Source: Calditrichaceae bacterium (GTDB lineage Bacteria; Calditrichota; Calditrichia; Calditrichales; JBFXGD01). From it: DNA of 64,000 bases. The notes under the pieces are model-generated. The model was not told the origin of the DNA. It did not search any database and worked only from the letters and a program-made list of their open reading frames with translations. The stretch covers positions 32,001-96,000 of the forward strand of contig JBFXLE010000005.1 of NCBI GenBank assembly GCA_050173015.1, in the 5' to 3' direction. The position numbers and the translations under genes are program-made. Positions 58,984 through 64,000 of this stretch are shown here, one piece after another (within the stretch, counting starts at the first letter, position 1; the number at the start of each line of letters is the position of its first letter).

Positions 58984-60543
58984 TTGCTGAAGACATTGCT
59001 TTTTATTCTTTTTTTAATGATTTCATCCGTTGGCAGCCAGGTCGTTCATCAAATTTATTTTGACCGTTTTTCTCATTATGACGCTGATGATTGGATCACA
59101 TACGCTCCCGCCAACGATATTAAATCTGTCGATATTGGGGATGACTATGTTTACTTTGGGACACGACGCGGCGGAATTCTCAGATATCATCTTTATGAAA
59201 AGGTCTGGGACTATCCATTTACAACAAGCAACGGGTTGAGAAGCAATACAATACTTGCCCTGGTTTTTAATCCTGTTGACCATCAGTTGTACGCTAAAAC
59301 ACCCCTTGGTATTGATGTATATAATCGCGGCTTCGGATATTGGAGACCCGCCCCAATAAACGAAATGCCTGCCCGCAGGGAGCCGATTCAGAATAATACT
59401 GTGAACGGTCAGGCTTACAATGATTATCGTTTTCCGGCATACTCGCGCCCAGCAACATCTGCTTTGCCCAATTTTTTCACCGACATCAATTATGTATATC
59501 ATCTTAACGGAGAAATATTGGACCGTTATAACCGGACTTTCAGGCTAACGGACAGAATAGTTGATCAATGGTTCAACTTCTGGGCAGGAACCAACGGCCT
59601 TGGTGTGGCCATGGGCAAGCTGTATCAGTCAGATCTTTCTTTTTATCAGGCTTCAATAGCCAATATAAGCCCGCGGGATATTGAATTTCTTGGGAGTGAT
59701 GTATGGATTGGGGGAAAATCCGACGGTATTCCACCTTCCGGAATTTGTCTTTGGCGCACCGACAGCAATACTTGGGAGTACTTTGAAGCTCCTTTGACAA
59801 ACGGCCTGAATAAGGACGATGTAAATGTTATCAGCGCCAATCAGAATAATATATTTTTTGGACTGGATCTCGGTCTCGCCGGATACAATATCCGTGATAA
59901 CAGATGGAAAACCTATACCGTTTCAGACGGAATGGAATCTAATAAGGTTAACGATCTATATTTTCACAACGATGTTTTATATATAGCCACGGATGCCGGT
60001 TTTAACTGGATGGATCGTGGCTATGAAACGATTTCTGAATCGTCAGACCTTACCATTGATAATTTGGCCGTCCTTAAAATTACGTCTCTGGACTCGTTGA
60101 TATTATTAGCAACGCGCTTTGGTTTATACAGCTACGATCCCAAAAAGGATAAAATCCAATATTTTTCAACCAAATCCGTTGTCATGGATGTGGACATCAA
60201 TGCGATTGGCGTCAACAATGATTCACTCTGGGTCGCGACAGGGTACGGGATTGCATTGTTCGATACCAAATCTAAAAACTGGATTTCTTTTCCACAGGTA
60301 AATATCAATCTCAATACCGTTTATTATGACATCGCGTTTACTCCCGGATACATTTGGTTTGCGTCTGATTCGGGATTATTAAATTATGACATTTCCAGAG
60401 ATTACTGGTATCTCTATACCGTAGAGGATGGTATCGCCGATAATCATGTCTATCATATTGATGTTTCCGGGGATGATTTGTGGCTCAGCACCGGAAAAGG
60501 TATAACGATTTTCAGATGGAACCGTGAGGGGCGTAACGAGTAA
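58984..60543 (+). CDS. Exported beta-propeller protein (two-component-regulator-propeller-like repeats)
   Basis: Signal peptide; repeats such as TTSNGLRSN, VSDGMESN, VEDGIADN and W.AT..G blades. Confidence 0.75.
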   Translation: MLKTLLFILFLMISSVGSQVVHQIYFDRFSHYDADDWITYAPANDIKSVDIGDDYVYFGTRRGGILRYHLYEKVWDYPFTTSNGLRSNTILALVFNPVDHQLYAKTPLGIDVYNRGFGYWRPAPINEMPARREPIQNNTVNGQAYNDYRFPAYSRPATSALPNFFTDINYVYHLNGEILDRYNRTFRLTDRIVDQWFNFWAGTNGLGVAMGKLYQSDLSFYQASIANISPRDIEFLGSDVWIGGKSDGIPPSGICLWRTDSNTWEYFEAPLTNGLNKDDVNVISANQNNIFFGLDLGLAGYNIRDNRWKTYTVSDGMESNKVNDLYFHNDVLYIATDAGFNWMDRGYETISESSDLTIDNLAVLKITSLDSLILLATRFGLYSYDPKKDKIQYFSTKSVVMDVDINAIGVNNDSLWVATGYGIALFDTKSKNWISFPQVNINLNTVYYDIAFTPGYIWFASDSGLLNYDISRDYWYLYTVEDGIADNHVYHIDVSGDDLWLSTGKGITIFRWNREGRNE

Positions 60544-60700
60544 TTTTGACCGCTATATTTATTTACGATTCAAATTTTTTACGGAAAATTTTTTCTTTAT
60601 TGCGGCTATTTGAAATTGTATATTATAGATTTTAATCAGGCATGATATTTACAGGTATAGCCTTTAGGAACTTAACGAATTATTCTAAATTGGAGTTTGC

Positions 60701-62302
60701 ATGAGCGAAAAAATAACAAACGATATCACGGAGAAAAAATCCTTCTCTCAAATATTACATGATTCTTTCAAAGAGCTTGTCGATACTTTTGTTGCCTTTT
60801 TTAAGGCTCCAAGGGCATTGTGGGGTATCAATATTCCGTACGTGATAGAAGGTCTGGTTTATTTCGGGATCCTTACTATCCTGGGAAAATATTCTTCCGA
60901 AAATGTCGCGTTAAGCGATATACACGCGGGATGGGTTTACGGGGGAGTCACCGGTGGTATTACATTCGCCATGTTGATTTTTGGAGGTGTGTCAGATAAA
61001 ATCGGTGTGCGAAATTCTCTCGCGCTCGCTTTTATAATGATGTTTATCGGCCGGGTCTTGATAGCTCTTTCAGGAACTGTTTCCATGGGCAGCGGCATCG
61101 GTTCACCGATGTTCATAACCATGTCCCTGGGCTTGTTGATTATGGTAATCGCCTATGGGCTTTACCAGCCGGCTGCCTATGCGGGGGTTAAGCGTTATAC
61201 AAATCCTCAAACGGCCGCCATTGGTTATGCGGTCATTTACGCATTAATGAATCTTGGCGCGTTTTTCTCCGGATTCATTTCTCCCATAACCCGTCATAAA
61301 TTTGAAACTGTTTTTCCGCCGAACGGCCTGACAGCGGTCTTCTGGGTGTATAGCGCGTTAACGTTGCTTGCGCTTGTCTCGACCTATGTGATTCTTACAA
61401 AGAAAACGGATGCAGCTGCTGTGGCAAGAATAAAAAAAGAAACAGACACGTCAAAGGAGTTGGACAAGAAGCCGGAGACTGAAGTCACTGAAAAATCCGT
61501 AAAAAAAGAAAAAATAAACAATCGCGGCTTTCTTATTTCACTGGCGTTTGTTGTTCTATCTGCCGGAATCATTCTTGTTGTTCAGCTTGGGAAATTAACA
61601 CTGCCATATTATGCCGAGTATATACTTCTGATTCTGACCGGAATTATTTCTGTCTGGCAATTCCTGAAAGTACGTCCGGATCATCCTTTCAGAGATATCC
61701 GATTTGTATTTTTTATTTTTATGCTCATCCCTGTACAAACGTTATTCGCGCATAATTGGCTCACTTTGCCGTATTATTTAGACCGCGCGTTTGCAGGCAG
61801 CATCGTGGGTGAGTATTTTGAATTTTTCTCCAACCTGAACCCGATTCTTATATTTATTTTCGCCCCGATAATAGCCGCGGTAACAGCCCGCGCAAACGTT
61901 TACAAAATGATGATACTTGGAACATTTGTGATGGCTGCCCCGACATTCCTGCTGGCATTGGGTCCCAACACAGCGTTATTGCTGACCTATATTCTGCTGA
62001 TGACCATTGGTGAAGCAATGTGGCAACCGCGTTTTCTTCAATGGATAGCCGAAATAGCACCGGAAGGCAAAACGGGATCCTATATGGGTATCGGTCAATT
62101 ACCCTGGTTTTTGACAAAAATGATAACCGCCGCATATTCAGGATATTTTGTGGCAAATTATATCCCTAAACCGGAGGATGGTCTGGAAATGAAAACCGGT
62201 GAAATGTGGCTCTTTTACGCTATTATCGCGATAACTTCACCGATCGCATTATTTCTCGCTAAAAACTGGATGGCAAAGGGCATGAGGAAAAAAGCGTCAT
62301 AA
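60701..62302 (+). CDS. MFS transporter, POT/peptide-transporter-like
   Basis: GGVSDKIG, YALMNLGAF, MTIGEAMWQPR and about 14 TM segments. Confidence 0.8.
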   Translation: MSEKITNDITEKKSFSQILHDSFKELVDTFVAFFKAPRALWGINIPYVIEGLVYFGILTILGKYSSENVALSDIHAGWVYGGVTGGITFAMLIFGGVSDKIGVRNSLALAFIMMFIGRVLIALSGTVSMGSGIGSPMFITMSLGLLIMVIAYGLYQPAAYAGVKRYTNPQTAAIGYAVIYALMNLGAFFSGFISPITRHKFETVFPPNGLTAVFWVYSALTLLALVSTYVILTKKTDAAAVARIKKETDTSKELDKKPETEVTEKSVKKEKINNRGFLISLAFVVLSAGIILVVQLGKLTLPYYAEYILLILTGIISVWQFLKVRPDHPFRDIRFVFFIFMLIPVQTLFAHNWLTLPYYLDRAFAGSIVGEYFEFFSNLNPILIFIFAPIIAAVTARANVYKMMILGTFVMAAPTFLLALGPNTALLLTYILLMTIGEAMWQPRFLQWIAEIAPEGKTGSYMGIGQLPWFLTKMITAAYSGYFVANYIPKPEDGLEMKTGEMWLFYAIIAITSPIALFLAKNWMAKGMRKKAS

Positions 62303-62342
62303 TTTTATCATAAAGCAATCAATTAACTTAGAATAATCACAT

Positions 62343-62374
62343 AAAAAAAGGCGCCATACAGACGCCTTTTTTTT
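62343..62374. terminator. Bidirectional intrinsic terminator
   Basis: AAAAAAAGGCG-CCATACAGA-CGCCTTTTTTTT between convergent genes. Confidence 0.85.
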
Positions 62375-62397
62375 AATCCTTCCTGAATTCCGGATCC

Positions 62398-63702
62398 TTA
62401 TTTAATCCCGGCAATTTTTTCAAGCATGGCGGTTGTTAATGATTTCGGACGCTCCAGAGCCTGACCAAGCGCGCGATCCCAGATGATATTGCTGAGAACG
62501 CCTATTGCCCGGCCTACGCCAAACATGACTGTATAGAAATCATAGTCAGTCACACCATAATGCCATTGGATAACACCTGAATGTGCATCCACATTTGGCC
62601 ATGGATTCTTAGCTTTACCTTGTTCGACAAGAATCGGAGGCACCACATCATAAAGCATACTTACCAATTTAAAAATTGGATCATCCGGCAGATACTTTAA
62701 TGAAAAATCACGCTGCGCGGCATAGCGCGGATCTGTTTTCCTCAGAACGGCATGGCCGTAACCGGGAATGACCTGACCTGATTTCAAAGTATCCCACACG
62801 AATTTTTTCAATTCTTCCTTGGTCGGCAATTTATTTCCAAGCTGATCCATCAACTGCTGAATCCAGCGCAATACTTCCTGATTTGCCAATCCGTGAAGCG
62901 GCCCCGCAAGACCGTTAAGACCGGCAGACAATGAATAATAAGCGTCGGACAGGGCAGATGAAACAAGATGCGTAGTATGGGCGCTTACATTTCCGCTTTC
63001 ATGATCACTATGAAGAATAAAATAGAGACGTGAAATTTCATCATAGGGATGTTTGATTCCCATCATATGGGCGAAATTTGCTCCAAAATCCAGATTTGCG
63101 TCCGGTTTAATCGGTGTATCTGCTTTGTACTTCATTCTGTAAATATAAGCGGCAATTTCAGGTAATTTAGCCAGCAGATTCATTGAGTCTTCATAGGTTG
63201 GATCCCAGTAATCCATCTTACTGATTCCGGCATTATATTTTTGCACAAATACTGATTCTCTCTGCAATGAAAGAACAGCTGCCGAAAACATGGTCATTGG
63301 ATGAGTATCCCTGGGCATGGCACGCAGCATATCAAAAACATATTCTGGAACACGGCTTCTGCCCTTGAAGTCTTCCACTACATCCGCGATATCATCCTTT
63401 GTCGGGATTTCACCGGTAAGGAGAAGATAAAAATGACCTTCTACAAACGGCATTTCCGCGCCCTTTGGCTTAGGGAGTTTTTCAAGACATTCGGGGATGG
63501 TGTATCCGCGGAAACGAATACCCTCTTCAGGGTCCAGATAGGAGATATCGGTTGTCAGGGATTTTAAACTACGCATCCCGCCGTAAAACTGGTTAATTTT
63601 AACCTGGTCGACAACGACATCGCCATGCTCCTTAACCAACCTGGTAACCCGATCCCTGTAACCAGGAATTTTTTGTTCGAGTTTTGCTTTGAGTTTTGAC
63701 AT
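62398..63702 (-). CDS. gltA: Citrate (Si)-synthase, eukaryote-type
   Basis: GGMR...LDPEEGIRFRG, HSDHESGNVSAH, LAGPLHGLANQEV, PGYGHAVLRKTDPRY, NPWPNVDAHSG. Confidence 0.95.
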   Translation of the reverse strand: MSKLKAKLEQKIPGYRDRVTRLVKEHGDVVVDQVKINQFYGGMRSLKSLTTDISYLDPEEGIRFRGYTIPECLEKLPKPKGAEMPFVEGHFYLLLTGEIPTKDDIADVVEDFKGRSRVPEYVFDMLRAMPRDTHPMTMFSAAVLSLQRESVFVQKYNAGISKMDYWDPTYEDSMNLLAKLPEIAAYIYRMKYKADTPIKPDANLDFGANFAHMMGIKHPYDEISRLYFILHSDHESGNVSAHTTHLVSSALSDAYYSLSAGLNGLAGPLHGLANQEVLRWIQQLMDQLGNKLPTKEELKKFVWDTLKSGQVIPGYGHAVLRKTDPRYAAQRDFSLKYLPDDPIFKLVSMLYDVVPPILVEQGKAKNPWPNVDAHSGVIQWHYGVTDYDFYTVMFGVGRAIGVLSNIIWDRALGQALERPKSLTTAMLEKIAGIK

Positions 63703-63811
63703 TTGTTAATCCTTTCTTTATTGGATAAGAAAAAACAACATTTAGAGATGTATTTCACAAGACTTATTAATAAACTCTTCTGCAAATCCCGGATGCCCCC
63801 GCATCAAAACC

Positions 63812-64000
63812 TTATTTTGATGAATCACCCGATTTATTATTGGACGAACTTCCGCCTTTTTTGTAATCCGTTATATAGAATCCGCTTCCCTTAAAGACCA
63901 GGCCCGCCCCCGCGCCAATTTTTCTGCGTAGCTGCCCGCCGCATTTTGGACATACTCTTGGAGGTATCGCGCTGATTCCATGAAATTTCTCAAACTCGTA
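63812..64000 (-). CDS. FmdB-family zinc-ribbon protein; 5' end lies outside the window
   Basis: Hand translation gives YEFEKFHGISAIPPRVCPKCGGQLRRKIGAGAGLVFKGSGFYITDYKKGGSSSNNKSGDSSK*, which has CPxCG and FKGSGFY.TDY. Confidence 0.85.
   Translation of the reverse strand, partial: YEFEKFHGISAIPPRVCPKCGGQLRRKIGAGAGLVFKGSGFYITDYKKGGSSSNNKSGDSSK

Overview
A gene-dense, moderate-GC stretch of a Gram-negative bacterial chromosome. The gene repertoire and style suggest an FCB-related lineage such as Calditrichota, but this is inference and was not verified. Almost all of it is core metabolism: an ABC ATPase plus permease/M1-peptidase-type gene, rhodanese, glutamate dehydrogenase, tricorn protease, TrpF, PdxH, an iodotyrosine-deiodinase-like flavoprotein, two large GH13 amylases, phenylalanine hydroxylase, an OMP-SpoIID-SPOR operon, a complete TetR(FadR)-thiolase-FadJ-ACAD-etfBA beta-oxidation operon, an M20-asd-lysC-dapBAD operon, lpxH, hrcA-grpE-dnaJ, two tandem RRM genes, ftsEX, BatA/vWA, hflX and a eukaryote-type citrate synthase. 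I recognised no rRNA, tRNA, CRISPR, transposase, integrase or phage gene. The one clearly accessory segment is about 3.1-5.2 kb. It holds REP-like hairpin clusters, a non-coding 41-bp (20+21) tandem array of about 7.5 copies with strong strand asymmetry, a 5'-truncated ORF and an orphan membrane/secreted protein. Other notable points are a Bacillus-type FadR operator palindrome directly upstream of the TetR gene, an aspartokinase whose GRGGSD motif reads GFEGSD, and several enzymes of eukaryote/mitochondrial type. I cannot demonstrate a new multi-gene system from the sequence alone; the array/hairpin island is the best candidate.
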